The notes under the pieces: generated by a model | The model's input: the letters and a program-made list of their open reading frames with translations, nothing else | Databases searched by the model: none | What the model was told of the DNA's origin: nothing | Program-made: the position numbers and the translations under genes | In this document: in pieces, positions 20,454 through 30,655 of the stretch | Layout of the letters: every line of letters starts with the position of its first letter | Numbering within the stretch: position 1 is the first letter of the stretch | From: an uncultured Gemmatimonadaceae bacterium | GTDB taxonomy: Bacteria > Gemmatimonadota > Gemmatimonadetes > Gemmatimonadales > Gemmatimonadaceae | Direction of reading: 5' to 3' | Assembly: GCA_963740355.1 (NCBI GenBank) | Contig: CAVUDW010000002.1 | Coordinates: forward strand, 1,696,001-1,760,000 | DNA: 64,000 nt

Positions 20454-21575
20454 TCAGCGGCTCAGCGTCACCGACCGTACCGTCAGGTCATCGATGCGGC
20501 CGACGTTCACCGTGACACCAATGCCTGGCTCGCTACGCGGCACGGTCACCATGCCGTCGGCGCTCATCGTCCATTCCGGCGTCACGACGTCCTGCGCCCA
20601 GTAGCGCGCGCTGGGACTGAGGTCGCCAGGCTTCTGGAAGTTGCTCAGTGACGCCAGTGCCACGTTGTAGGCGCGACCGATCCCGCTTTCCAGCATGCCA
20701 CCGCACCACACCGGCACCCCGTTCACTTCGCAGTAGTCGTGAATCGCCAGCGACTCCGCGAACCCGCCGACGCGACCGGGCTTGATGTTGATCAGGCGAC
20801 CGGCGCCGAGCGTCACCATGTCCTGCGCGCGATCGAGTGATGTGATCGACTCGTCGAGACAGATCGGCGTCTTGAGCAGCTTCTGCAACGACGCGTGCCG
20901 CACGATGTCTTCCCACGCCAGCGGCTGCTCGAACATCATCAGGTTCATGCTGTCCATCGCGATCAATGCATCGGGATCGTCGATGGTGTAGGCATTGTTC
21001 GCGTCGGCCATCAGTGGTGCATCGGGGAAGGCTTCGCGCACGGCGCGCACGTACTCCACATCCTTGCCGGGCATGATCTTGAGCTTGATCTTCCGATACC
21101 CCTCGGCCAGCGCCAGGCGGACCTTCTCGACCAGTTTGTCAGGTGTCGCCTGGATGCCGAGCGAAATGCCGACCGGGATGGTCTCGCGAGTGCCGCCGAT
21201 GAGCTTCGCCAGCGGCAGGCCGACGCGCACCGACTCGACGCCCCACATCCCCATCTCCACCGCCGCCTTCGCCATCAGGTGGCCGCGAAAGTCTTCCTCC
21301 AGCACCGCGAAGACATCGCTGGGTGCCTCGAATTTCCGGCCCAGCACCCGCGGGGCGATCCAGCGTTCGATGGCCAGCCAGGCGGTGTCGATCGTCTCTG
21401 CCGTGTAGTTCGGCAGGTCGTCGGCAACGCACTCGCTCCAGCAGGTGGCGCCGCTGGCGTCGTGCAACTCGAGCAGCGCAATGCGGCGATCGGTCATCGT
21501 ACCGGACGAGATACGGAACGGCTCGCGAAGCGGCAGCCGAATCTCGCGCATGGTGATGCTGGTCAGTTCGAGCAT
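20454..21575 (-). CDS. menC: o-Succinylbenzoate synthase / N-succinylamino acid racemase (enolase superfamily, NSAR/OSBS subfamily)
   Basis: KIKLK, DAN, EQP, LDES, NIKPGRVGG, WCGGMLE motifs; start MLELTS. Confidence 0.88.
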   Translation of the reverse strand: MLELTSITMREIRLPLREPFRISSGTMTDRRIALLELHDASGATCWSECVADDLPNYTAETIDTAWLAIERWIAPRVLGRKFEAPSDVFAVLEEDFRGHLMAKAAVEMGMWGVESVRVGLPLAKLIGGTRETIPVGISLGIQATPDKLVEKVRLALAEGYRKIKLKIMPGKDVEYVRAVREAFPDAPLMADANNAYTIDDPDALIAMDSMNLMMFEQPLAWEDIVRHASLQKLLKTPICLDESITSLDRAQDMVTLGAGRLINIKPGRVGGFAESLAIHDYCEVNGVPVWCGGMLESGIGRAYNVALASLSNFQKPGDLSPSARYWAQDVVTPEWTMSADGMVTVPRSEPGIGVTVNVGRIDDLTVRSVTLSR

Positions 21576-21606
21576 GTGAGGCGAGGCAGAGGTGAAGAGG
21601 CGTCGA

Positions 21607-22428
21607 TCAACGCGCGAGCGTGAGCACGTAGTACGGCAACTGATCGTCCTGGCCGCGCACGAAGCGCGAGACCGTGAACCCAAGCGCGAGCCGCGATGTG
21701 AAGGCGGCGCGGACAGCGATGCGCCAGGCGAGCGCGCGGTTTGCGCTGCTGGCCTGCACGACCTCGAGGTCGTGCGGCACGGTGATGCGCACTGCGGTGG
21801 CGTCGACGCTGGGAATCGCCATCGGTGTGCCATCCGGTTCGAAGGCAATGGCCAGCGGGATGCTCCCGTCGCCAGCGTCCGGCTGTCCGCTCCGCATGCT
21901 GCCGTCATGCGCGGTGTCGAGCGCCCAGCGATAGACGAAGCGATCGGTTGGCATCGCGCCATGCAACACGCTGCCGGTGTTCTCGCCGTACATGTTCTCG
22001 ACGTAGCTGGAAGGAAAGGCGCCGAGGTGATTGATGTTGAAGTGTGCGTTGCGGGCGACGAGCGGGTCGGCGGTCCAGAGCATGACATCGACGCCGAGGG
22101 CGTGGACATGCTGGCGCTGGTAGTGCTTGAGCTTCTCACCCAACCCGAGGCCGCGCGCCTCGGGACGCACGGCCAGCATGTCGGACCAGTGCACGAGTTT
22201 CCCATGCTGCACACCCGTCATGCCGAATACGAAGCCGAGCAGGCGGCCGTTGTCGTCATAGGCGCCAGCAGCCACGCCACCGATTTTTTGTGCGACGCGC
22301 AGGATGGCGCCGGGGACGCGCTCCGAAAAGCCGTGTCCCCAGGTGTCTTCCTGGAGCGCGACGCAGGCGTCGTAGTCGGCGATGGACGCGAATTCGCGGA
22401 TGGTGAGTGACGAGGCCGTCGCGGTCAT
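21607..22428 (-). CDS. GNAT acyltransferase (putative D-amino acid N-succinyltransferase)
   Basis: WSDMLAV, RGLGLG acyl-CoA motif, WTADPL..RNAHFN, PTDR; directly upstream of OSBS/NSAR. Confidence 0.8.
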   Translation of the reverse strand: MTATASSLTIREFASIADYDACVALQEDTWGHGFSERVPGAILRVAQKIGGVAAGAYDDNGRLLGFVFGMTGVQHGKLVHWSDMLAVRPEARGLGLGEKLKHYQRQHVHALGVDVMLWTADPLVARNAHFNINHLGAFPSSYVENMYGENTGSVLHGAMPTDRFVYRWALDTAHDGSMRSGQPDAGDGSIPLAIAFEPDGTPMAIPSVDATAVRITVPHDLEVVQASSANRALAWRIAVRAAFTSRLALGFTVSRFVRGQDDQLPYYVLTLAR

Positions 22429-22500
22429 GTCGGGCGGGGCAGGGTTGGGCGTGCTCTTGCGTGTCGGGCACCCGGGTGGTAGCCATAGATGCGCACAGAA

Positions 22501-22510
22501 CTGTATACAA
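22501..22510. promoter_or_regulatory. Putative GntR/FadR-family operator CTGTATACAA
   Basis: AT-rich TGTATACA palindrome in the 98-bp divergent intergenic gap; a GntR gene lies two genes away. Confidence 0.55.
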
Positions 22511-22526
22511 TTTACCCGGTGCAAGC

Positions 22527-24356
22527 ATGCCTCTCCGTGATTCGCGGCGCAAGGCCGAAAGCCGTCGACTCCCCGCCACTGGTGGCCTGGTCCCGCTGTA
22601 CGCGACGGCGCTTGCGACCGCCGTGCTGCTGGCCGCCTGCGGCCGCAAGGATGCCACTGCCCGAGACGGCACGACGAGCGGCAGGGCGGCACCCGCCACC
22701 GGTGGCGCTTACGACGTCGTGATCAGCAACGGGCACCTGATCGACGGCACCGGCAACGCCTGGTATGCCGCAGACGTCGGGATACGTGGCGATCGCATCG
22801 CCATCATCGTGCCTGCGGGGCAGCTGGCGAAGGCAACCGCCACCACTCGCATCGACGCCACGGGGAAGGTGATCGCGCCCGGCTTCATCGACATTCAGGG
22901 GCAGTCATATACGCCATTCACCGTCGGTGACGGCCGCGTGGTCGGCAAGGTATCGCAGGGTGTGACGACGGAGATCATGGGCGAAGGCAGCACGCCGGCG
23001 CCAGTCAATGACGCAATCGCGAAGACGATTACGTCCGGCATTCGCACGCACGATGACTCAGCGCAGGCGAAGGTCTTTCTCTCCTTCACCGGCGAGCACG
23101 GTTTCGGGCGCTGGCTGGAGGCGATGGGGAAACACGGCACGTCCGTCAACGTTGGCTCCTTCCTCGGCGCCGCCACCGTGCGGGTGTACGCGAAGGGTTT
23201 TGCGCAGGGCGCACCGACCGCGGCCGAACTGGATACGATGCGGGCAGTGACACGCAATGCGATGCGTGACGGGTCGTTCGGCATTGCCAGTGCGCTCATC
23301 TATCCGCCAGGCAACTTCGCCACCACGGAAGAACTGGTCGAGATGGCGAAGGCGATGGCCCCGATGGGCGGTGTCTACATCACGCATATGCGCTCCGAGG
23401 CGGATGGTTATCTCGAGGCCATCGATGAAGTGCTGCGCATCGGTCGGGAAGGTGGCGTGCCGACCGAGATCTATCACCTGAAGGCCGGCGGCGTGCGCAA
23501 CTGGCCGAAGGCGACGGTGGCCGTGGCGAAGATCGATTCGGCGCGTGCGGCCGGTCAGGACATCGGCGCTGACATGTATCCCTACGTTGCCGGCGGCACG
23601 TCGCTGTCAGCCTGTACGCCGCCCTGGGCCACGGAAGGGGACAAGCTGCTGGAGCGGCTGCGCGACCCCGCCACCCGTGCGAAGATCATCGCGGAGATGA
23701 AGGCACCGAAGAACACGTGGGAGAATCTCTGTCAGCTGGCGACGCCCGCCGGCATCATGACCGCGGGATACGAAAAGCCGGAGTTGAAGAAGTACGAAGG
23801 CAAGCGCATCTCGGAGATCGCGACCGAGATGGGCAAGGACTGGGCGAATACCATCGTCGACCTGCTGCTTGCCACCGATGCGCGCGTCGGCATGTTGGTG
23901 TTCATGATGTCCGAGCCGAACGTCGAGATGCAGATGCGCCAGCCGTGGATGAAGTTCGGCACCGACGCAGACGGGATGGACCCGGACTCGGCGAAAGGCC
24001 TCGCGCACCCGCGCTCCTACGGCACGTTCACGCGCGTGCTGGGTCACTACGTCCGCGATCGGAAAGTGATGACGCTGGAAGAGGCGATCCGGAAGATGAC
24101 CTCCGCGGTCGCCAACCGGCTTTCGATCCGGGATCGCGGCCAGCTGCGTGAAGGCTTCTTCGCCGATGTGGTGGTGTTCGATCCGGCCACGGTGAGCGAC
24201 AAGGGCACGTTCACCGAACCGCATCAACTCTCGGTCGGGATCCAGACCGTGTTGGTGAACGGCGTGCGAGTCTGGGACAACGGGAAACACACCGGTGCGA
24301 AGCCTGGCCGCGTGGTGCGTGGGCCGGGCTACAGTGGAGCGGCGCCATCCCGATGA
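22527..24356 (+). CDS. N-acyl-D-amino-acid deacylase family lipoprotein
   Basis: Lipobox LLAAC; PGFID, QGVTT, THMRSE, HPRSYGTF, ADVVVFDP. Confidence 0.87.
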   Translation: MPLRDSRRKAESRRLPATGGLVPLYATALATAVLLAACGRKDATARDGTTSGRAAPATGGAYDVVISNGHLIDGTGNAWYAADVGIRGDRIAIIVPAGQLAKATATTRIDATGKVIAPGFIDIQGQSYTPFTVGDGRVVGKVSQGVTTEIMGEGSTPAPVNDAIAKTITSGIRTHDDSAQAKVFLSFTGEHGFGRWLEAMGKHGTSVNVGSFLGAATVRVYAKGFAQGAPTAAELDTMRAVTRNAMRDGSFGIASALIYPPGNFATTEELVEMAKAMAPMGGVYITHMRSEADGYLEAIDEVLRIGREGGVPTEIYHLKAGGVRNWPKATVAVAKIDSARAAGQDIGADMYPYVAGGTSLSACTPPWATEGDKLLERLRDPATRAKIIAEMKAPKNTWENLCQLATPAGIMTAGYEKPELKKYEGKRISEIATEMGKDWANTIVDLLLATDARVGMLVFMMSEPNVEMQMRQPWMKFGTDADGMDPDSAKGLAHPRSYGTFTRVLGHYVRDRKVMTLEEAIRKMTSAVANRLSIRDRGQLREGFFADVVVFDPATVSDKGTFTEPHQLSVGIQTVLVNGVRVWDNGKHTGAKPGRVVRGPGYSGAAPSR

Positions 24357-25066
24357 AACAGTCGGCTGAGGCGGTGGCGGTGCGCGGCGCGCGACCGATG
24401 GTGGTCTACCACGCGCTGCGCGAGCTGATCGTGCGTGGTCAGCTGGCGCCGGGGTCGCGCATCGTGGAGACGGATGTCGCGAGCAAGCTTCGGGTCAGCC
24501 GCACGCCGGTACGTGGTGCACTGCAGCGCCTGCAGCAGGAAGGCTACATCGTCGATTCGCCGTCGCTGCAGCAGTCGCGTCCGACCGTGGCGCCACTGAC
24601 GCGTGAGGATGCGATGGAGCTGTTCTCGATCGTGGCCGAGATCGAAGGACTGGCCGCGCGCTGTGCGGCTGCCCTCCCAGACGTGGCGCGTGCGAAGCTG
24701 GTGCGCGAACTCGAATCCATCAACACCAGGCTCGAACGCGCGTCCCGCGCGAAGGCGCCACAGCACGACCTGCTGTACGAACTGGATGAGCAGTTCCACC
24801 GTCGGTACGTGGAGGCCGCGGCTGGGCCTCGCCTGCGTGCGTTGCACGATGCGGTGAAGCCGCAGGCGGAGCGGTACGAACGGTTGTATGTGAGCCTGCT
24901 GTCACGCGGGCTGGCGCCATCGATCCAGGAGCATGGCGCGATCGTGCGCGCGATCCGGGGAGGGGACGCGGACGTGGCGCAGGCCGCAGTGCAGAAGAAC
25001 TGGCGGAACGCCGCCGAGCGCCTTGGGAAGGTGATTGCCACCGTCGGGGAGCGTGGATCATGGTAA
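24353..25066 (+). CDS. GntR-family transcriptional regulator (FCD domain)
   Basis: wHTH VSRTPVRGAL; C-terminal FH and EH..IV.AI motifs; ATGA overlap with the upstream gene. Confidence 0.92.
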   Translation: MKQSAEAVAVRGARPMVVYHALRELIVRGQLAPGSRIVETDVASKLRVSRTPVRGALQRLQQEGYIVDSPSLQQSRPTVAPLTREDAMELFSIVAEIEGLAARCAAALPDVARAKLVRELESINTRLERASRAKAPQHDLLYELDEQFHRRYVEAAAGPRLRALHDAVKPQAERYERLYVSLLSRGLAPSIQEHGAIVRAIRGGDADVAQAAVQKNWRNAAERLGKVIATVGERGSW

Positions 25067-25077
25067 GGGATTTCGGT

Positions 25078-27432
25078 ATGCGGCGCCTCGCCGTGTTGGC
25101 TGTGCTGCTCGGCGGCGCAACAGCTGCCCGCGCGCAATCGCCGGCGGTGATTGGCCCCGTGTCGCGATACGCCGCGGTGTCACAGGCACTGACGGCCTTC
25201 ATCGAGCAGGAGATGAAGGACAAGCGAATCCCCGCCTTGTCGATCGCGCTGGTGGATGGCAACGAGGTGGTGTGGTCCCGAGGCTTCGGCGAGGAGAATT
25301 CCACGACACATGCGCCGGCGACCGCCAATACGGTGTACCGCGTGGGCTCGGTGTCGAAGCTGTTCACCGATATCGGCGTCATGCAGCTGGTCGAGCGGGG
25401 CCAGGTTGACCTGGATCGGCCGGTGCAGCGATACCTGCCGGCCTTTCGTCCACGAAACACTTACGGCACACCGATCACGCTGCGCCAGTTGATGTCGCAC
25501 CATTCGGGCCTGGTGCGTGAGCCGCCGGTAGGGCACTACTTCGACGACACCTCGCCCTCGCTGGCGGCCACGGTCGCGAGCCTGAATGCGACGGCGCTGG
25601 TATACGCACCAGGGACGACGGCGAAATATTCGAATGCTGCCATCGCTACCGTGGGCTACCTGCTGGAAAAGCGGAGCGGCGTGCCGTTCGCCCGTTACCT
25701 CCAGCGTGCGGTGCTCGCGCCGATGGGGCTGACGTCGAGTGCGTTCGAACTGACCCCGACGCTGGCAGCGCGTGTCCCTCAAGCGGTGATGTGGAACTAC
25801 CAGCAGCATGACTTCCCGGCACCGACGTTCGCGTTGGGCATGGCGCCGGCGGGCAGCATGTACAGCACCATGCCAGACCTGGCGAAATTCATGAGTGTGC
25901 TGTTCGCCGGAGGCGTGGGATCGAAGGGGCGTGTGCTGAGCGAAAAGACCCTGCACTCGATGTGGATTCCGCAATTCGCGCCCGCTGGTGCGACGCGCGG
26001 CTCCGGCATCGGGTTTGCCATCAGCACGCTCGATGGCCAGCGCATGATCGGGCATGGTGGTGCGATCTACGGATTCGCCACGCAGCTCTCGGCGTTGCCG
26101 GATGAAAAACTGGGTGTGGCCGTGAGCGCAGCGAAGGACGGCGTGAACGCACTCACGGCCAGGATCGCGCGTGAGGCGCTGCGCCTGATGCGCGCCGCAC
26201 GCACTGCGCAGCCATTGCCCACCGTGGCATCGCTGGCGCCGGTGTCCCGCGCCGTCGCCGCACCGATGGCCGGCAGCTACGGCGCTGGTGATTCGACGGT
26301 CGACGTGGTGGTTCGCGACTCCACGGTGTGGGTCACGGCGCCGTTCCTCGAGATCCGTCTCGAGATGCGTGCGCTCGGCGGCGATACGGTCACGGCGGAC
26401 GACGGCCTGTCATACGGGCACAAGATGTGGATGCAGAATGGCGTGCTGATGCTCGATGGTCACGCCTACTCGCGCGCGCCCGTGACAGCGGCGCTACCGC
26501 CGCAGGTGCCGGTGCGTTGGCAGGGCCTGATCGGTGAGTATGGATGGGACTACGACGTCCTCTACATCCTCGAGCGGCACGGGCGCCTGAGCGCGTTGAT
26601 CGAATGGTTCACGGAGTATCCGCTCACCGAAGTGTCCGACGGTGTATTCGCGTTTCCCGCGTATGGTCTCTACGCCGGCGAGCGGATCGTGTTTACGCGT
26701 GATGGCAAGGGACGTGCGACACTGGCCACGGCCGCAGGCGTGGCTTTCAAGCGCCGAAACATCGTGGGCGAAGATGGAGGCATCTTCCGCATCACACCGG
26801 TGAAGCCGGTGGCTGCCCTTCGCGCGGCAGCACTTGTGGCACAACCGCCCAGTGAATCAGGCACGTTCCGCAACGCCGAATTGACGGAATTGGTGACGCT
26901 CGACTCCACCATTCATCTCGACATCCGCTACGCATCGGACCGGAATTTCCTCAGCGAACCGATGTACACCCAGGCGCGCGCCTTCCTGCAGCGACCGGCC
27001 GCCGAGGCACTCGTCCGCGCCAACAAGCGACTCGCGGCGCAGGGCTACGGCCTGCTGATCCACGACGGCTATCGACCCTGGTATGTGACGAAGATGTTCT
27101 GGGACGGCACGCCGCCCGACAAGCACCAATTCGTGGCCGATCCCGCATCGGGTTCGCGACACAACCGCGGCGGCGCCGTGGATCTCACCATGTACGACCT
27201 GCGTACCGGCGAACCGGTCGTCACGACGGGTGGGTACGACGAGATGTCCGATCGTTCGTACCCGGAGTACCCGGGTGGCACCTCACGCCAGCGCGCCCTC
27301 CGCGAAATCCTGCGCGCGGCCATGACCGCAGAAGGCTTCACCGTCTACGACGCCGAGTGGTGGCACTTCGACTACAAGGACTGGCGCCTCTACCGCATCG
27401 GCAACCAGCGCTTCGAGGAGCTGGGGAAGTAG
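25078..27432 (+). CDS. Secreted serine hydrolase (class C beta-lactamase-like) fused to a VanX/DdpX D-Ala-D-Ala dipeptidase
   Basis: Signal peptide; SVSK (SxxK), YSN, HGG; C-terminal DGYRP, SRHNRGGAVD, EWWHF (M15D). Confidence 0.9.
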   Translation: MRRLAVLAVLLGGATAARAQSPAVIGPVSRYAAVSQALTAFIEQEMKDKRIPALSIALVDGNEVVWSRGFGEENSTTHAPATANTVYRVGSVSKLFTDIGVMQLVERGQVDLDRPVQRYLPAFRPRNTYGTPITLRQLMSHHSGLVREPPVGHYFDDTSPSLAATVASLNATALVYAPGTTAKYSNAAIATVGYLLEKRSGVPFARYLQRAVLAPMGLTSSAFELTPTLAARVPQAVMWNYQQHDFPAPTFALGMAPAGSMYSTMPDLAKFMSVLFAGGVGSKGRVLSEKTLHSMWIPQFAPAGATRGSGIGFAISTLDGQRMIGHGGAIYGFATQLSALPDEKLGVAVSAAKDGVNALTARIAREALRLMRAARTAQPLPTVASLAPVSRAVAAPMAGSYGAGDSTVDVVVRDSTVWVTAPFLEIRLEMRALGGDTVTADDGLSYGHKMWMQNGVLMLDGHAYSRAPVTAALPPQVPVRWQGLIGEYGWDYDVLYILERHGRLSALIEWFTEYPLTEVSDGVFAFPAYGLYAGERIVFTRDGKGRATLATAAGVAFKRRNIVGEDGGIFRITPVKPVAALRAAALVAQPPSESGTFRNAELTELVTLDSTIHLDIRYASDRNFLSEPMYTQARAFLQRPAAEALVRANKRLAAQGYGLLIHDGYRPWYVTKMFWDGTPPDKHQFVADPASGSRHNRGGAVDLTMYDLRTGEPVVTTGGYDEMSDRSYPEYPGGTSRQRALREILRAAMTAEGFTVYDAEWWHFDYKDWRLYRIGNQRFEELGK

Positions 27433-27493
27433 CGCAACGCAAGGCAGTTCCCCGTCAAACAGTGGTTGCGCTGCACTAATCGTGGCTCACGTC

Positions 27494-27595
27494 GCACTCC
27501 GTGAGCTCCGTGGCCTCCCCCCCATTGCTGTTGCGATGGTCGTTCGCGAGCGACGAAACTGCATTGGAGCGGAGCACACGGAGCTCACGGAGTGC
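27494..27595. repeat. REP doublet / REPIN-like element: 19-bp perfect inverted repeats around a 64-bp spacer
   Basis: GCACTCCGTGAGCTCCGTG (27494-27512) and CACGGAGCTCACGGAGTGC (27577-27595), between convergent genes; a second copy is at 3-51. Confidence 0.8.
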
Positions 27596-27644
27596 TCGGC
27601 TGGCAAACTTCAATGCAGCGCGCACCCTCGTCGCAGGTAACAGC

Positions 27645-28904
27645 TCAGCGCAGTCCAGCGAGCGTTGCGAGTACGAGCGCCACATACTGCGGCCCGAGGA
27701 AACCGTTGGGGCCGTCTTCGTAGGACTCGTTCAGTGAGTGCGCCGTGGCGCTGCGGCCGCCGGCGTCGAGCGTGATGGCGGGAATGCCAAGGCCGATCGG
27801 CACATTCGAGTCGGTGCTGGAGGCCTGCGGCGTGACGGGGAAGCCAAGTGCCTTGCCGGCTTCGACGGCGATGCGCACGATGCGGGCGCTATCGGGCTGC
27901 GAGCCCGCGGGGCGGATGCCGATGGTGTCGATGGTCATCGTGAGCGGCACCTTGCTGTTCGGCCAGCGTGCCAGTTCCTCACGCAGCGCCGCGCGAATCG
28001 CGACCTGGAACTTGGCATCGAGCGTTGCGAGTGACGCCGCGCTTTCGGAGCGCATGTCGACTTCGACGATGCCCTCGTAGGGAATCGAGTTCACTGAGGT
28101 ACCGCCGCGGACCACGCTGGCGCTGAAGGTCGTCTTCGGATTGTCAGGAACCGTGAAGTCGGACATCTTCGCGATCGCACGACCCATCGCATGGATGGGG
28201 TTCGGCATGCCGAACGCGCCGTAGCTGTGACCGCCCGGGCCCTTGTACGACACGCGATACCGATTGCTGCCTACCGCGCCGCTGGTGGCACCGAATCCGG
28301 TGCCGTCGACCGAGATGAAATAGTCGATCTTGCCCTTCAACTCGCCGTTGAAGAGTGCACGCACGCCGCGAAGGTTGCCGGGGCCTTCCTCTCCAACCGT
28401 TCCGACGACGTACACCATGCCCGCCGTGTGCACGTTCGCCGCACGCATCGCACGCACCACGCTCAACACCGTCGCCAGGCCGCGACAATCGTCGCCGATG
28501 CCAGGTGCCGTCAGGCGCGTGCCACCCTGCGGCGTGCTGTCGCGCTTGACCTTCACATCCGTGCCCTCGGGAAACACCGTGTCGAGGTGCGCCGAAAGAA
28601 CCACCGTTGGGCCGTTGCCCACACCGGCCCGTTCGCCGATCACGTTGCCCGTGGCATCGATGCGCACGTTGGTGATGCCGAGCGACTCCAGGCGTCGCTT
28701 GAACTCAGCGGCGCGCATCGCCTCCTTGAACGGCGGCGACGGGATCTCGCAGATCGACGCCTGCTGCTCGAGCGTCCAGGCGTTGTCGGTGCGGAGGGTG
28801 GCGAGCACGTTCCGCATGCCAGCGTTGGTCATCGGCACCGCGATCGGCTGGGCGTGCAGCGTCGCTGAGGTCAGCAGGAGCAGTGCGGAGGCTTTCTTGA
28901 GCAT
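27645..28904 (-). CDS. Secreted M20/M25/M40 metallopeptidase
   Basis: Signal peptide; SAHLDTVF, PGIGDD, GEEG, GGHS, STDSN, AHS..E. Confidence 0.88.
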   Translation of the reverse strand: MLKKASALLLLTSATLHAQPIAVPMTNAGMRNVLATLRTDNAWTLEQQASICEIPSPPFKEAMRAAEFKRRLESLGITNVRIDATGNVIGERAGVGNGPTVVLSAHLDTVFPEGTDVKVKRDSTPQGGTRLTAPGIGDDCRGLATVLSVVRAMRAANVHTAGMVYVVGTVGEEGPGNLRGVRALFNGELKGKIDYFISVDGTGFGATSGAVGSNRYRVSYKGPGGHSYGAFGMPNPIHAMGRAIAKMSDFTVPDNPKTTFSASVVRGGTSVNSIPYEGIVEVDMRSESAASLATLDAKFQVAIRAALREELARWPNSKVPLTMTIDTIGIRPAGSQPDSARIVRIAVEAGKALGFPVTPQASSTDSNVPIGLGIPAITLDAGGRSATAHSLNESYEDGPNGFLGPQYVALVLATLAGLR

Positions 28905-28984
28905 GGATTTGGCGCAGACCGGTCAAGGGGAAACCGCGAACGACAGTTGCCAACGGTGTGCCGGCTCGCCGCCGGCACGCGCGA

Positions 28985-29422
28985 TCAGATCCCGTGAAAA
29001 ATCGCGAGGTATCCAGCGAGGCCTGCGATGATCGGCACCACGATGTAGATCGGCTTCGCCAACGCCGGAATGCGATACGGCAGGATCGAGAGCACCGCCA
29101 CGATCACCCAGATCGCAACCTTCGCCCACAACCAGCCGGGGAAGAGCGCGGTCTTGGTGAGACCAAGGCGAGCCGCCTGGCCGAATCCACCGGCCAGCGC
29201 CAGCAGCATGCCGAGACCAAACACACTCGCCGTCAGCCCGCGTGTGCGGCTGGTCGCCTTGGTGCCGCCATTCGCTGCGTGGATCGCGATACCGCCAAGC
29301 GACGTCATCGCGAGGAAGAGCCCGAAGATGTGCAGGCTCTTGTAGAACAGCTGCGTACGGAAGAAGGGCAGCGGAGCGGGCGCCGATGCGGCGACATCCT
29401 GCAGCAGGGCAAACAAGGTCAT
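28985..29422 (-). CDS. Small four-TM membrane protein (SirB2/DUF2269-like)
   Basis: Four hydrophobic segments; YKSLH near the N-terminus and WLWAK motif. Confidence 0.55.
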   Translation of the reverse strand: MTLFALLQDVAASAPAPLPFFRTQLFYKSLHIFGLFLAMTSLGGIAIHAANGGTKATSRTRGLTASVFGLGMLLALAGGFGQAARLGLTKTALFPGWLWAKVAIWVIVAVLSILPYRIPALAKPIYIVVPIIAGLAGYLAIFHGI

Positions 29423-29490
29423 GACGCTTCCGAATTGATGACGAGGTGGGCCGACGAATCGATCGCGATCAGGCTGCGATCAGGACGCGA

Positions 29491-30591
<1,101 letters not shown>

Positions 30592-30655
30592 AGAGAAAAT
30601 CCGAGAAGGTTTGAAGCAACAGGAGGAGCGGGAGCAACGCGTGCAGCAGGAGCGA

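Noticed and set aside
21576..22214. Apparent 586-aa OSBS with a long N-terminal extension
   Set aside because: The extension overlaps the GNAT gene in another frame; family similarity starts at MLELTS (21575)
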